From the NCBI GenBank assembly GCA_965246715.1, contig CBDFFH010000015.1, positions 96,001 through 160,000 of the forward strand: DNA of 64,000 nucleotides, in the 5' to 3' direction. This stretch comes from Chamaesiphon sp. Lineage in GTDB: Bacteria > Cyanobacteriota > Cyanobacteriia > Cyanobacteriales > Chamaesiphonaceae. Shown here in pieces: positions 10,764 to 21,938 of the stretch (positions are counted from its first letter, which is position 1; every line of letters begins with the position of its first letter). The notes under the pieces are model-generated. The model was not told the origin of the DNA and ran no database searches. It worked only from the letters and a program-made list of their open reading frames with translations. The position numbers and the translations under genes are program-made.

Positions 10764-11801
10764 TTAACTGCGTTGGCTCTGTTTAAAGAATTGATACATT
10801 TCTGGTAGCCGATTGACGATCGCCGCAGTTTTGAGCCAAAGTTTGTGGGAAACTGCGGGATAACCAGAGACGATTTCACCTGGTTCGACGTTACTATGAA
10901 TGCCTGTTTTTGAGGAGGCAATCGCGCGATCGCCGATCGTTACCTGATTAGCAACTCCGACCTGTCCAGCAAGTAATACGCCATTGCCCACCTTGACACC
11001 CCCAGCCAAGCCTACTTGCGCGGCGAGGGCACAATTAGATCCGATCGTCGTACCATGTCCGACATGTACTAAGTTATCTAACTTGGTGTCTTTACCGATC
11101 CGGGTTTCACCCATCGCCGGACGATCGACGGTACTGTTGCAGCCAATCTCGACTCCATCTTCTAAGACCGTATGACCGGCCTGTTCCATCTTGAACCAGC
11201 CAGTAGCTGTCGGCACGAAACCAAAGCCCTCTGCACCGATTACAGCGCCACTATGGATGACACAATCGGCACCGATCTGCGTCCGCTCGTGGATGGTACA
11301 GTTGGCATGAAGGATCGTGCGATCGCCGATGTGGACATCGGGATAAATGACAACATTGGGATGGATAACAGCACCATTTCCAATTTTTACACCAGCTTGA
11401 ATTACAACACGAGCGCCGATCGAAATGTTCGTTCCCAACTCGACCCCCGGTTCGACGATCGCACTAGGATGAATTCCCGTTAAGGGGACAAATGGTTGAT
11501 AAAATTGTTTTACGACCTTGGCCAGCAATAGTTTTGGTTCGCGTGCAGCAATCCAAGCAATCCCTCGTGCCTGCGCTCGCGCCTGAATCTCTGCATTCAT
11601 TGGCAATACTAAAGCACTGACGATTGTAGTGTCGACAAACTTCGCAAATTTATCACCTTCAATATAGCTAATCGTCCCAGCGGTGGCTGCATCGATCGGA
11701 GCCAAGCCAGTTAAGATCGGATCGAGATCGGCAGCTGTCTCCAAACTACTGGCTGTGACCGCCGACCCTAGTTTAGTTATCAGCTCGCTAAATTGCATCA
11801 T
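10764..11801 (-). CDS. lpxD: UDP-3-O-(3-hydroxyacyl)glucosamine N-acyltransferase
   Basis: Hexapeptide repeats, IHSGAVIGAEGFGF, DNLVHVGH. Confidence 0.96.
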   Translation of the reverse strand: MMQFSELITKLGSAVTASSLETAADLDPILTGLAPIDAATAGTISYIEGDKFAKFVDTTIVSALVLPMNAEIQARAQARGIAWIAAREPKLLLAKVVKQFYQPFVPLTGIHPSAIVEPGVELGTNISIGARVVIQAGVKIGNGAVIHPNVVIYPDVHIGDRTILHANCTIHERTQIGADCVIHSGAVIGAEGFGFVPTATGWFKMEQAGHTVLEDGVEIGCNSTVDRPAMGETRIGKDTKLDNLVHVGHGTTIGSNCALAAQVGLAGGVKVGNGVLLAGQVGVANQVTIGDRAIASSKTGIHSNVEPGEIVSGYPAVSHKLWLKTAAIVNRLPEMYQFFKQSQRS

Positions 11802-11828
11802 AAAAATTCGGGGATAGATATTACCTAA

Positions 11829-12017
11829 ATGTCAGACCAAGTTGGACTATTACTCAAAATGTTATTACCATCTGTGGCAATCTCGATCGCCATCCACTAC
11901 TTTAGTCCCACTCAGACACCAGTCCCGAACGACTCAATCGTGCTCGTCGCCGTCTTATTACCCTCGGTAACGATCGGAATCGCCTTATTGACTCGGGCCA
12001 AGGCGCTCGGTGAATAA
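11829..12017 (+). CDS. Small two-TM hypothetical membrane protein
   Basis: 62 aa with two hydrophobic segments; fills the gap between lpxD and tpiA. Confidence 0.6.
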   Translation: MSDQVGLLLKMLLPSVAISIAIHYFSPTQTPVPNDSIVLVAVLLPSVTIGIALLTRAKALGE

Positions 12018-12080
12018 CAATACTACTTATCGTAATATCAGGCGATCGGCAAAAAAAGATGAAACGCTTACAGCATCAGC

Positions 12081-12112
12081 ATTCATAATTCATAATTCAT
12101 AATTCATAATTC
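12081..12112. repeat. Short tandem heptamer repeat (ATTCATA)x4.5, STRR type
   Basis: Read directly from the sequence. Confidence 0.9.
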
Positions 12113-12175
12113 GGCAGAGCGGACGATTTATGGGATTATAGATCGCAATCCTGATAAAATAATTTAATTTAGACT

Positions 12176-12901
12176 GTGCGTAAAGTTATTATTGCTGGTA
12201 ATTGGAAGATGTATAAAACTCAAGGTGAAGCCGCTGAGTTTTTGATGGAATTTATTCCCCAAATTGATGAGGCACCAGAATCGCGCGAAGTGGTTTTATG
12301 TGTGCCGTTTACCGACCTTGGGATTGTGAATAAAAGTCTACATGGCAACCGGATCCGGCTCGGCGCGCAAAATGTCCACTGGGAGAATGAGGGAGCCTAT
12401 ACTGGTGAAATTTCTGCCAATATGCTGACAGAAATGGGTGTTAGATATGTCATCGTCGGTCATAGCGAACGCCGTCAATTTTTTGGTGAAACTGACGAAA
12501 CCGTAAATTTACGACTCAAAGCAGCCCAACAGAGTGGATTGATTCCGATCCTCTGCGTCGGCGAAACCAAACAACAACGCGATGCTGGGGAAACAGAGCG
12601 AATTATCTTCAGTCAATTACAAAAAAACTTAATCGACATCGACCTAAATCGGCTGGTAATCGCTTACGAACCGATTTGGGCGATCGGTACTGGTGAGACT
12701 TGCGAAGTAGCAGAAGCCAATCGCGTGATTAAGGCGATCCGCAGCCAGTTGACAAATCCTCATGTCTCGATTCAATACGGCGGTTCGGTGAAGCCGAGTA
12801 ATATCGATGAAATCATGGCTCAGTCAGAGATTGATGGTGTCTTAGTTGGCGGTGCGAGTTTGGCTGCTACAGACTTTGCGCGAATCGTTAACTACAATTA
12901 A
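12176..12901 (+). CDS. tpiA: Triosephosphate isomerase
   Basis: [40 protein letters not shown]. Confidence 0.98.
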   Translation: MRKVIIAGNWKMYKTQGEAAEFLMEFIPQIDEAPESREVVLCVPFTDLGIVNKSLHGNRIRLGAQNVHWENEGAYTGEISANMLTEMGVRYVIVGHSERRQFFGETDETVNLRLKAAQQSGLIPILCVGETKQQRDAGETERIIFSQLQKNLIDIDLNRLVIAYEPIWAIGTGETCEVAEANRVIKAIRSQLTNPHVSIQYGGSVKPSNIDEIMAQSEIDGVLVGGASLAATDFARIVNYN

Positions 12902-13083
12902 TCTAGTAGGTAGATTGCCGATCGATCTACTCAAAAAAGACCCCGATCTATCCCTTCCGATCTATAAAAATTAGCGCTGAGTTGGAAGGGAGTAATCGAT
13001 CGAAAATATCATTAACATATCTGCCCCGAAGGTGGTACGATCGGGTAAAATAACTCAGCGTTAAATTAAAAACGAAAGGGCAA

Positions 13084-13995
13084 ATGCCTGAAAAAGCCAT
13101 AAATACGAGAAATGCCACGGGCTTTCTGCTGATTCTCTTACCAGCAGCACTGGCGATGTCCGCGCTATTTATAGCGTGGCCATTTATATTGGGACTAACT
13201 GTACTAGTTGCTGGTGGAAATATCTGGCAAAATTACGAATGGTCGAAGACCGCTCGCTCGATCGATCCATCTTTTCAACAACTAATCGTCCAAAATCGCG
13301 GTGAAATCACGCCGATCGATCTTTCACTCAAAGCAAATATTCCTGGCAAGACAGCCACGCGTTATTTAGTTACCAAAGCGGATGAATTTGGCACTGGTAG
13401 CCGCCAACATCCCGATCGAGGTCAAGTTTTTTACTTTATTTCAGTTAGTACACTTGGCAATATTTTTGACGATAGCGAACGGCAAGAAGCCCCCGCAGCA
13501 ATTATGCCTGCTACTGCTCCAGTCGTCGCTGTTCCAGTAGCAGTCAGAGAACCAGTACTAACAGAATTAGTCGCACCACCGATAGTTCCGGAAGTTGCGC
13601 TAATGCACCAACCTGAAACAGTCACACCGATCGTTTCTGAAGTTGCCCCAACGCACCAAACTACCGAACAGCACACACCTCAATCAGAAATCCAAGTAGC
13701 TCAACAACCTACTTCCGATCTGAGCAATCTAGCTCGATTGTTAGACGAGCAACCAGTTGCCACTAATGTCGAATCGGCAACCGCAGCCGTGCCAACTAAC
13801 GTACCGTCAGTAAATTTACCATTAGTGACGATCCTCCAATCCGAACTAGCAAAACGCCTGGACGTACACTCTAGTACGATCTATAAGCGCCGGAGCGAAC
13901 CAACTTTTACCGACTGGACGCGCAATCGCGATCCTGAGGGACTTGCTTGGGGGTATGAAGACTCAAGTAAGGAATATTATCGAGTAAATACTTAA
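13084..13995 (+). CDS. Hypothetical membrane protein with a Pro/Thr-rich linker and a C-terminal HTH-like segment
   Basis: N-terminal TM hairpin; C-terminal QSELAKRLDVHSSTIYKRR. Confidence 0.75.
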   Translation: MPEKAINTRNATGFLLILLPAALAMSALFIAWPFILGLTVLVAGGNIWQNYEWSKTARSIDPSFQQLIVQNRGEITPIDLSLKANIPGKTATRYLVTKADEFGTGSRQHPDRGQVFYFISVSTLGNIFDDSERQEAPAAIMPATAPVVAVPVAVREPVLTELVAPPIVPEVALMHQPETVTPIVSEVAPTHQTTEQHTPQSEIQVAQQPTSDLSNLARLLDEQPVATNVESATAAVPTNVPSVNLPLVTILQSELAKRLDVHSSTIYKRRSEPTFTDWTRNRDPEGLAWGYEDSSKEYYRVNT

Positions 13996-14124
13996 TCGAG
14001 TTCGAACCTTAAATTTATTAGATTGAAAATCTGTAATGTATGCGAAACATTGCAGATTTTTTATTGTGTTAAATGTCAAGGGGATCGATAGGGTTCTACC
14101 GAGCTTTTGGTGAAAGTGGACGAT

Positions 14125-14148
14125 TCCCCAGGGGAGAGGTTTCACCAA
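14125..14148. mobile_element. 24-nt HIP1-inserted micro-element (SDR5-like), degenerate copy
   Basis: CGAT|TCCCCAGGGGAGAGGTTTCACCAA|CG; 17/24 identical to 31845-31868. Confidence 0.6.
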
Positions 14149-14275
14149 CGAGCGATTCTATAGAAAAAATGAGGCTATCAGTAACATGACAATATGACCA
14201 CACAATTTCTCCCATGCCTACTCCCTGGTTTCAACATGCTGCGGTTGGAACACGAGGCAATTGACACTATGGCAA

Positions 14276-15709
14276 TTACTGTCCTTGCATTTTCAGCACC
14301 ACTGAGAAAGTCCGCAACAAGATCTTCAGATCCAACCATGGCGACCAATGCTTAAGATAGTAAAGGTCGTATTGAAGCTTGATCAGCGCATCTTCAACGG
14401 TACTACCATAACCATAATTAATCTGCGCCCATCCAGTCAGTCCGGGTTTAGCCGCCAACCGCGTCCGATAGAAGGGAATTTCTTTTTGCAATTCTTTGAT
14501 AAATTGGTAGCGTTCGGGGCGAGGCCCTACCATACTCATTTCGCCACGGAGTACGTTTAGGACTTGGGGTAACTCATCTAACCGAGTTTTGCGGATAAAA
14601 TAACCAACCTTGGTAATCCTGGCATCGCCTTTAACCGCCCACTGCGCTTTACCATTGCGTTCGGCATTTTGCACCATCGATCGAAACTTATAGACAGTAA
14701 ATTTTGCGCCATACTGTCCGACACGTTCCTGTTTGTAAAAGATCGGCCCAGGACTGTCGAGTTTGATGGCTAGCGCCACAACCGGGAACACAGCTAACAA
14801 GATTGCCCCAATAATCGTGCCGCACACTAAATCCAATAATCGCTTACCGATCCGATTGAAGGTATCGAAAGGATTTTTCCGCAGCGGGAGCGCGGAATAC
14901 CACTGGCTGCCGATATGCTCTACGGCGACTTTACCCGTGAGTTTTTCATAAAGAACGGGCATCGTCGTGACGACTACTCCCAGTTCATGACAATTAGTTA
15001 GTAGTTGAAGTAAATCGTTATCGATGGGATTACTGATAGCCAGAACGATTTCATCGATGTTGCGACGATCGATTTCGGATAGTAAGGTGTGACGATCTCC
15101 TAAAACTGTCACGCCATCTGGACTTTTACCCTGCAATTGGGGATTGTCATCGATAAATCCGATCGCCTGATAGTGTGGATGCTGCCTGAACACGCCTGCT
15201 AAAATCGCTCCTGTGACACCCGCGCCCACAATTAATACCTGCCGTTTGGCATGACCGACACCTAAGAAAATCGCATAAATCGATCTCCAAATCGATAATA
15301 GGAGGGTTGTCGTCGCGATCGCTAATACCGGTGCGAGTCGCAGTGAGAATAATTCTTCATTCAGTGCTGCTGGAGCTGTAATAAAATAGTAAATTAAATA
15401 GATTGCACTTGCTGTCGCACAGCCCAAAAATATTCTGTGGAGCGTGCGCTTGAGCCGTACCGCAATTCGCAGGTCGTAGAGATCGTTAATAAACATCCAG
15501 ATCAGCCACCCGACTCCCATTGCCACGATCCACAACGAATGGTAGGTTAATAGCTCCCAAGTAAATGCTTTGTTTGCTAAATGAGTCCAGTACCATAGAG
15601 ATGAAATAATCCCACTGGCGATTAGAGCAATATCACCGATCGAAAGTAGTAATTTACGTTCGGAAAATTCCAAGGGGAGTTTTACTTCTGGAAATAAATA
15701 CGCAAGCAT
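14276..15709 (-). CDS. Priming polyprenyl-phosphate sugar transferase (WcaJ/WbaP-like)
   Basis: N-terminal TMs, VLIVGAG domain, KFRSM, DARITKVG..RKTRLDELPQ, SMVGPRPE, KPGLTGWAQI. Confidence 0.93.
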   Translation of the reverse strand: MLAYLFPEVKLPLEFSERKLLLSIGDIALIASGIISSLWYWTHLANKAFTWELLTYHSLWIVAMGVGWLIWMFINDLYDLRIAVRLKRTLHRIFLGCATASAIYLIYYFITAPAALNEELFSLRLAPVLAIATTTLLLSIWRSIYAIFLGVGHAKRQVLIVGAGVTGAILAGVFRQHPHYQAIGFIDDNPQLQGKSPDGVTVLGDRHTLLSEIDRRNIDEIVLAISNPIDNDLLQLLTNCHELGVVVTTMPVLYEKLTGKVAVEHIGSQWYSALPLRKNPFDTFNRIGKRLLDLVCGTIIGAILLAVFPVVALAIKLDSPGPIFYKQERVGQYGAKFTVYKFRSMVQNAERNGKAQWAVKGDARITKVGYFIRKTRLDELPQVLNVLRGEMSMVGPRPERYQFIKELQKEIPFYRTRLAAKPGLTGWAQINYGYGSTVEDALIKLQYDLYYLKHWSPWLDLKILLRTFSVVLKMQGQ

Positions 15710-16413
15710 TGGCAGATCTATAAAAGTATGTGGCTAAAAATTTTTAGGTCAGTTATTTTCGACTCAGACCCACCTCAGAAAAATAACAGTAACTCTTGCT
15801 ATTGACTAACTTCTGAACTGATACTTTAGTGTCTTAGTCCAGTGGTGTACCTGGAGCTTACACTCTATTGTATGCGGTGGCCACCGTATATTAATATACC
15901 CCCAACTACCTTTTGCTCGGTTTACTAGTCTAACATTGATGACTAAAGTGAGAATTTTGAGATATGAAAGGTATAAAATTTATACACTGGAGAAATTTCG
16001 TTAATAAACCTCTATGACTGCCCATGATACGGGATGAATTTTCATGAAGAATCCGCTAATTAACTTAACTGTCAGGGACAAATAGCTGAGTGGTTTATCC
16101 CCGCTCGATCGAAGAGCGTAATATCCAAATTATTGCCAAAAAATATTGACATTCTCCAGATGTATTTAATAAAATGTGACTGTGATAGACGATGTATATA
16201 CGGGTAATGAAATTATTTTTATCTATCTAATATATATCCTCATGACTACAGACTCGATCGAGTCCACATCACAGCTAAATCGACACAACGTCTACTCCGA
16301 AACAGCCAGATACCGAACTGGATTATGGAGACATTAAATATATTATCGAATATCCATGCTGCCGATCGTAATTAACTTGACAAGATGACGAGCATTAGGC
16401 AAACCAGGTTATT

Positions 16414-16539
16414 AAGGGCGCTAGGTAGTCTCGCCATATTTTGGGATATCTATCAGGAGTCAAATAGGTTAAATTTGTTACGCGCTCGAAATCAGTCAAA
16501 TAGCGCAAGTCGATCTATTTTGTCATAACACTACTTACT
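16414..16539 (+). promoter_or_regulatory. Conserved upstream element, copy 1 (before the HAD gene)
   Basis: 16469-16539 aligns ungapped to 18986-19056 at 56/71 nt; a GGTAGTCT block is shared ~45 nt further upstream. Confidence 0.6.
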
Positions 16540-16735
16540 ATCAGTCTAGCTCTTGTTTATGAGGTTTGAGATTAATGGGCAACAATAATACTTTATATGC
16601 CGCTTGACGAAATTCATTCGATCGTTCACCATTCATTTAGGGAGTAAATAAGTTTCTATTTAGCTCAATAGTGGCTCAAGGTATTCTTTTGCTACAATAT
16701 TCTCTTTTTTAGTCTGAACTTCAGCTTAAGTCCTT

Positions 16736-18742
16736 ATGCTCCCAAAAACGTATTCATTTGATATTTTTGATACTTGCTTAGTTCGAGCTTGGGCTAGACC
16801 AACAGATCTACTATGGGAATTAGGTTGTCAATTACAGCAAGAAAATCTAATTAGAATTTCTCCAGATGAGTGGCAAAAGCTGCGAATAGAAACCGAAAAA
16901 TTGACTAGAAAGTCAGTTTTACATGGCGAGATAACGATGGTCGAAATCTATCAACAACTTGGATATTTGTTGGGATGGTCGGTCGAAGAAACAAATTATG
17001 TTTTGCAAAAAGAGTTCAGCCTAGAGCGACAAAGTTTATATCCAGTCCCAGCTATTTGTAAGAAGATTCAAGAGCTTCGATCTAAAGGGCATAAAATTTT
17101 TTACATATCTGATATGTATCTCCTTGAAGAGCAAATTCATCAATTATTAATAGACAATAATATTTGGCATCATCAGGATAGACTATATGTCTCATCTCAC
17201 TGGAAAGCGAGCAAAGCAACAGGGAAATTATTCGCTCTTTGTCTGCAACAAGAAAGTATAGAACCATCGCAAATCAATCATATGGGTGATAACTACCGTT
17301 CTGACGTTTTAATGCCTAAAAAGCTTGGGATTCGATCTGAATTTTTCAATCGAACACATCTCAATCGCTACGAACGGAAACTGGCCGATACTGGTTTAGT
17401 AACAAATAGGTTCCGATCTTTACTTGCGGGGACAAGTAGACTAACTCGATTGTCAGATCCAGACCTCGATCCAGATCGAAAAACTATTTGGGACACTTCG
17501 GCTAATGTTGTAGGACCAGTGTTATTTGGATACGTACATTGGTGCATACAGGAAGCTCAAAAGAGTAATATTCAAAGGCTATATTTCGTAGCTAGAGACG
17601 GACAAATTTTACATAAAATAGCCCAGATTATCTGTAAAAGCTGGGGCTACGATATCGATTGTCGATATCTGTATGGTTCTCGTCAAGCTTGGCACTTTCC
17701 AGCAATTTTACAGGTTGGAGAAACAGAACTAGAGTGGATTTTCGACCCAACTCAATTCTTATCGGTAAGATCTGTTTGTGAGCGAGTTAACCTGACACCC
17801 GATCTCATCGACGCTACTCTACAACAGTTTGAATTTCATGAGTCAATGTGGAATGAGAATTTGACAGCTGACAAAAGAATGATGCTCAAACAGGTATTTA
17901 GTACGCCGCAAGTTGTAGATTTAATCGTTAGTACTGCCGAGACTTATCGAAGAAAAGCGATTGCTTATTTCCTTCAAGAGGGAATGGGCGACTCAATTCA
18001 ATTTGCAATTGTCGATATTGGTTGGCATGGTAGATTACAGCGCTCACTTAGTAAACTACTGACCATCGGAGATTTATATCCTCAATCTGGATTGGTAGGT
18101 TTCTACTTCGGTATTTCAAAACGGATGCAAGAGTGTTCGACCGACCGATTATATGCATATTTCTCCGATCCTGACTTACCGACTAGTCGGGATGCTTTAT
18201 GTAAATTTCGGGAATTACTAGAACTGTTCATGACTGCCGATCACGGTGGAACGATGAAATTCGATCTCCTTAATGGGAAATTTTCTCCAGTGCTACGATA
18301 CGAGCAAAATCATAACGCGATCGACTGGGGACTATTAATCCAGCAACAAGCAATTTGTGAATTTTCTCGACAGTTTACCCAGCAACTAAAACCTAAAGAA
18401 TCGATCGATGCAGATTATTTATTAGTTTCTGAGATATTACTCCGTGAATTTATCTATCATCCATCCTTTAACGAATCAGAAGCATATGGCTCATTTCTAT
18501 TTGCTGAAGATCAAGCAGAAAATATTTTGTACGAGCTTGCTCCAGCTCATCAATTAAAAGACTGTTTCAATCTGATTATTAAAGGTGAGAAGATTCATCA
18601 AAACATCTGGTTTCCTGCTAGTAGAAATCGGAGTAGTAAGCTCGTTCGTCTACTGTTAAATCGAAATATTCTGGTTGTTGTGTTTGTACTCATAGCTATA
18701 AAACGCAGACTCAAAAAATATTTTGTAAAAAATACTAACTGA
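16736..18742 (+). CDS. HAD-superfamily hydrolase-like protein of polysaccharide clusters
   Basis: SFDIFDT motif I, YISDMY, HMGDN..SD, YFVARDG, VDIGWHG. Confidence 0.85.
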   Translation: MLPKTYSFDIFDTCLVRAWARPTDLLWELGCQLQQENLIRISPDEWQKLRIETEKLTRKSVLHGEITMVEIYQQLGYLLGWSVEETNYVLQKEFSLERQSLYPVPAICKKIQELRSKGHKIFYISDMYLLEEQIHQLLIDNNIWHHQDRLYVSSHWKASKATGKLFALCLQQESIEPSQINHMGDNYRSDVLMPKKLGIRSEFFNRTHLNRYERKLADTGLVTNRFRSLLAGTSRLTRLSDPDLDPDRKTIWDTSANVVGPVLFGYVHWCIQEAQKSNIQRLYFVARDGQILHKIAQIICKSWGYDIDCRYLYGSRQAWHFPAILQVGETELEWIFDPTQFLSVRSVCERVNLTPDLIDATLQQFEFHESMWNENLTADKRMMLKQVFSTPQVVDLIVSTAETYRRKAIAYFLQEGMGDSIQFAIVDIGWHGRLQRSLSKLLTIGDLYPQSGLVGFYFGISKRMQECSTDRLYAYFSDPDLPTSRDALCKFRELLELFMTADHGGTMKFDLLNGKFSPVLRYEQNHNAIDWGLLIQQQAICEFSRQFTQQLKPKESIDADYLLVSEILLREFIYHPSFNESEAYGSFLFAEDQAENILYELAPAHQLKDCFNLIIKGEKIHQNIWFPASRNRSSKLVRLLLNRNILVVVFVLIAIKRRLKKYFVKNTN

Positions 18743-18931
18743 TAACAAATATTGATAAATATAGAGGCCATAGCGGAATTTTCTAGAACCTCCCAACGTG
18801 TAGAATCGATCGCTTCATAGGATGCTTTCTTACTACAGCTACCGGATAATTCGCCTGGAATCTTCAATAGGACAGAATATAAACAACCTAAGCCCGATTG
18901 GGTACTATAGATTGAGGGTGCAGATCTGCTG

Positions 18932-19056
18932 AAGGCGAGCTGGTAGTCTGACTAGTTTTTGTTGCCTTAATCGTGTTTCAACATCTTAAATTAGCTACAC
19001 GCTCAAACTCGCTCTAATAGCTCAAATTCATCTGTTTTGTTACAACACTACTTACT
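18932..19056 (+). promoter_or_regulatory. Conserved upstream element, copy 2 (before the flippase)
   Basis: Homologous to 16414-16539. Confidence 0.6.
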
Positions 19057-19165
19057 GACGGCAAAGCTTTGTGGTTATCCTTGATAGAGGTAAGATATTT
19101 TTAAACAAAATTTCTGGTTAAGAGCTTGCAGGATATCCGTGGTTAGATGTCGTATTTAAAGATAG

Positions 19166-20500
19166 ATGTTTAGTAAATTTAAAATTCCCAAAATATCTCA
19201 GCGTATACTTAGTCCTCGGCTGCTAACAGTCGTTACCAATACGGGATGGCTTTTTGCTGACAAAGTTATTCGGATTGGAGTAGGTTTGGTTATTGGTGTC
19301 TGGCTGGCTCGATATTTGGGAGTAGAAGAATACGGATTGTTTAATTACGCTACAGCCTTTGCGACATTGCTAAGTCCTTTGGCAAATTTGGGACTAGACG
19401 GTATTGTAATTCGTTACATGGTTCGCGATGGAGCCAATCGAATGGAAATTTTAGGTACGACTTTTCTATTAAAGTTTCAGGCTGGTACACTAACTCTAAT
19501 CGCATCGATTATCTGTATCTATCTAGTTAGTCCTAACGAAAAATTAACGATCGAGTTAGTAGCAATATTATCAGCTACTGGAATTTTTCAGTCATTCGAT
19601 GCGATCGATCTATGGTTTCAATCGCAAACACAATCTAAGTATACAGTCTTAGCAAAAAGTATCGTTTTTGTCTCGACCAGTATTTTGAGAGTCATATTAA
19701 TTACGATGAAAGCGCCGTTGGTGGCTTTTGCCTGGGTAGCATTACTAGATATCGCGTTGGGGTCGCTGGGTCTGATTTTTATCTATCAACTTCGAGGTTA
19801 TTCAGTGTGGTTGTGGCGGTGGAGCTGGCCTCTAGCAAAAATGCTAGTTAAAGAAAGTTGGCCGTTACTATTTAGTAGCTTTGCCATCTTGATTTACATG
19901 AAGATCGATATGGTTATGCTCAAGGAGATGTCTGACGAGCGCGCAGTCGGGATTTATTCAGCAGCAACGCGGATTTCTGAGGCTTGGTATTTTATTCCGA
20001 TGGTCATTTCTTCCTCGATGGCTCCAGCAATTTATGCTGCCAAAGAAAGTAGTGAGACGCTATTTTACAACTTATCCTTCAGGCTACATCGGTTTATGGC
20101 GTTGCTATCGATCGTTATCTCTATATCGATGACTTTTCTCGCAAAACCCTCGATCGCCTTGCTATTTGGGGATAAGTATGCCGCCGCTACCGATGTATTG
20201 ATCGTGCATATTTGGGCATCGATATTTGTATTTTTAGGCGTGGCTTCATCTACGTGGTTGGTAGCAGAAGATCTAGCTTTCTTCACGCTATCTAGAACGA
20301 TAATGGGTGCGATATTTAACATCGGATTGAATATTGTTTTAATCCCACGTTATGCTGGTGTCGGTGCAGCAATAGCAACATTAATTTCTTATGCCTTTGC
20401 CAATGTTTTTGCAAATCTTCTGAACAAAAAAACTCATAAGTTGTTTTGGATTCAGCTCAAATCATTAAACATGTTGTCGTTTGTCAGTAAGTTAAAATAG
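19166..20500 (+). CDS. wzx: Wzx-type polysaccharide flippase
   Basis: About 12 TMs, LARYLGVEEYGLFNYA, IYMKIDMVML..VGIYSAA, LIPRYAGVGAAIAT. Confidence 0.9.
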   Translation: MFSKFKIPKISQRILSPRLLTVVTNTGWLFADKVIRIGVGLVIGVWLARYLGVEEYGLFNYATAFATLLSPLANLGLDGIVIRYMVRDGANRMEILGTTFLLKFQAGTLTLIASIICIYLVSPNEKLTIELVAILSATGIFQSFDAIDLWFQSQTQSKYTVLAKSIVFVSTSILRVILITMKAPLVAFAWVALLDIALGSLGLIFIYQLRGYSVWLWRWSWPLAKMLVKESWPLLFSSFAILIYMKIDMVMLKEMSDERAVGIYSAATRISEAWYFIPMVISSSMAPAIYAAKESSETLFYNLSFRLHRFMALLSIVISISMTFLAKPSIALLFGDKYAAATDVLIVHIWASIFVFLGVASSTWLVAEDLAFFTLSRTIMGAIFNIGLNIVLIPRYAGVGAAIATLISYAFANVFANLLNKKTHKLFWIQLKSLNMLSFVSKLK

Positions 20501-20582
20501 TGGCAGTGATGACCGATCGAAGTGAGTCCACAGTAGAAATGAAACTATAGATAGCACGCAGTTAAAAATAAGGATTTAAACC

Positions 20583-21854
20583 ATGAAAGTCATTCATATA
20601 AGTAATAGCGATATTTCTGGTGGTGCGGCTCGTGCTGCTTATCGACTGCACCGCAGCTTGCTGCAAATTGACATCGACTCAAGTATGCAGGTTGCATCTA
20701 AATCATCTGGCGATCCGCGTGTAAGATGCCACTCCTCAAAAGCCGGACGGATGGTGACAGAAGCTCGCAGCGGTATCGGGATGTTGGCAACTACGGCACT
20801 GAAAACTATCAATCCAGTTCGTCATTCGCTCTCACTGTTGCCATCGGGTTGGACGAAATCCATAAATTCATCCGATGCAGATGTCATCAATCTACATTGG
20901 ATTGGTGACGAAACGATGTCGATTCGGGAAATCGGCCAGATTTGCAAGCCTATAGTTTGGACTTTTCATGATATGTGGGCATTCTGTGGTGCGGAACACT
21001 ATACAGATGACGGGATCGATGCACGTTGGCGACAAGGGTACAGATCGAATAACCGACCTAGCTACGAATCGGGAGTTGATATCAATTACTGGACGGCGCG
21101 TAGAAAACAACGGCACTGGCAGCAACCGTTTCACCTTGTCAGTCCCAGTCGTTGGCTGGCAGACTGTGTAAAAGATAGCGCACTGATGCGAGATTGGCCT
21201 GTAAGTATCATTCCCAACCCGCTGGATCTCAACACTTTTCGCCCGATCGATCGACGGCTAGCACGACAATTGTTAAACTTACCACAGGATCGACAATTGA
21301 TTTTGTTTGGGGCATTTGGTGGGAGTGACGATCCTCGAAAAGGCAGCGATCTGTTGATGGCCGCTTTAAACTGGTTGAAGACCGTAGGCTCGCAAAATAT
21401 GGAGTTGGTAATATTTGGGCAGTCACCTCCACTGCAAGAGCCTAAACTGGGTTTCCCGATTCGATATACGGGACATCTGCATGATGATATTTCACTAGCT
21501 CTGCTATATTCGGCAGTGGATGTGTTTGTTGCGCCTTCTCGACAAGATAATTTACCAAATACGGTTGTCGAAGCGAGCGCCTGTGGTACGCCGTCTGTTA
21601 CCTTTAAAATAGGTGGAATGCCTGATGTCATCGAACATCAGGTATCAGGATATTTAGCACAGCCTAACGATCTTAAAGATTTAGCAACCGGGATTCGATG
21701 GGTACTAGAACAGCAAACACAACATAACCAATTAGGGATCGCCGCACGTCAAAGTGCAGAGTCAATTTTTCATCCTCGTCTAGTTGCACAACAGTACCGC
21801 GATGTTTATCAAGCAGCAATAACAGCACCAAAAGCTATCTCTCGTCAAAAATAG
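20583..21854 (+). CDS. Glycosyltransferase family 4 (WcaC-like)
   Basis: SGGAARAAYRLH, DVINLHW, WTFHDMW, DNLPNTVVEASACGTP. Confidence 0.9.
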   Translation: MKVIHISNSDISGGAARAAYRLHRSLLQIDIDSSMQVASKSSGDPRVRCHSSKAGRMVTEARSGIGMLATTALKTINPVRHSLSLLPSGWTKSINSSDADVINLHWIGDETMSIREIGQICKPIVWTFHDMWAFCGAEHYTDDGIDARWRQGYRSNNRPSYESGVDINYWTARRKQRHWQQPFHLVSPSRWLADCVKDSALMRDWPVSIIPNPLDLNTFRPIDRRLARQLLNLPQDRQLILFGAFGGSDDPRKGSDLLMAALNWLKTVGSQNMELVIFGQSPPLQEPKLGFPIRYTGHLHDDISLALLYSAVDVFVAPSRQDNLPNTVVEASACGTPSVTFKIGGMPDVIEHQVSGYLAQPNDLKDLATGIRWVLEQQTQHNQLGIAARQSAESIFHPRLVAQQYRDVYQAAITAPKAISRQK

Positions 21855-21938
21855 GTGCCAGTCGCGACTCATCCAGATGCTCGCTCGATAGACTATTTGA
21901 TTTAGTACTATAACCAATCAATTGGTAAAAAACACACA

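Noticed and set aside
16417..16431. ops/JUMPStart element
   Set aside because: GGCG and GGTAG are separated by extra bases, so it does not match GGCGGTAG.
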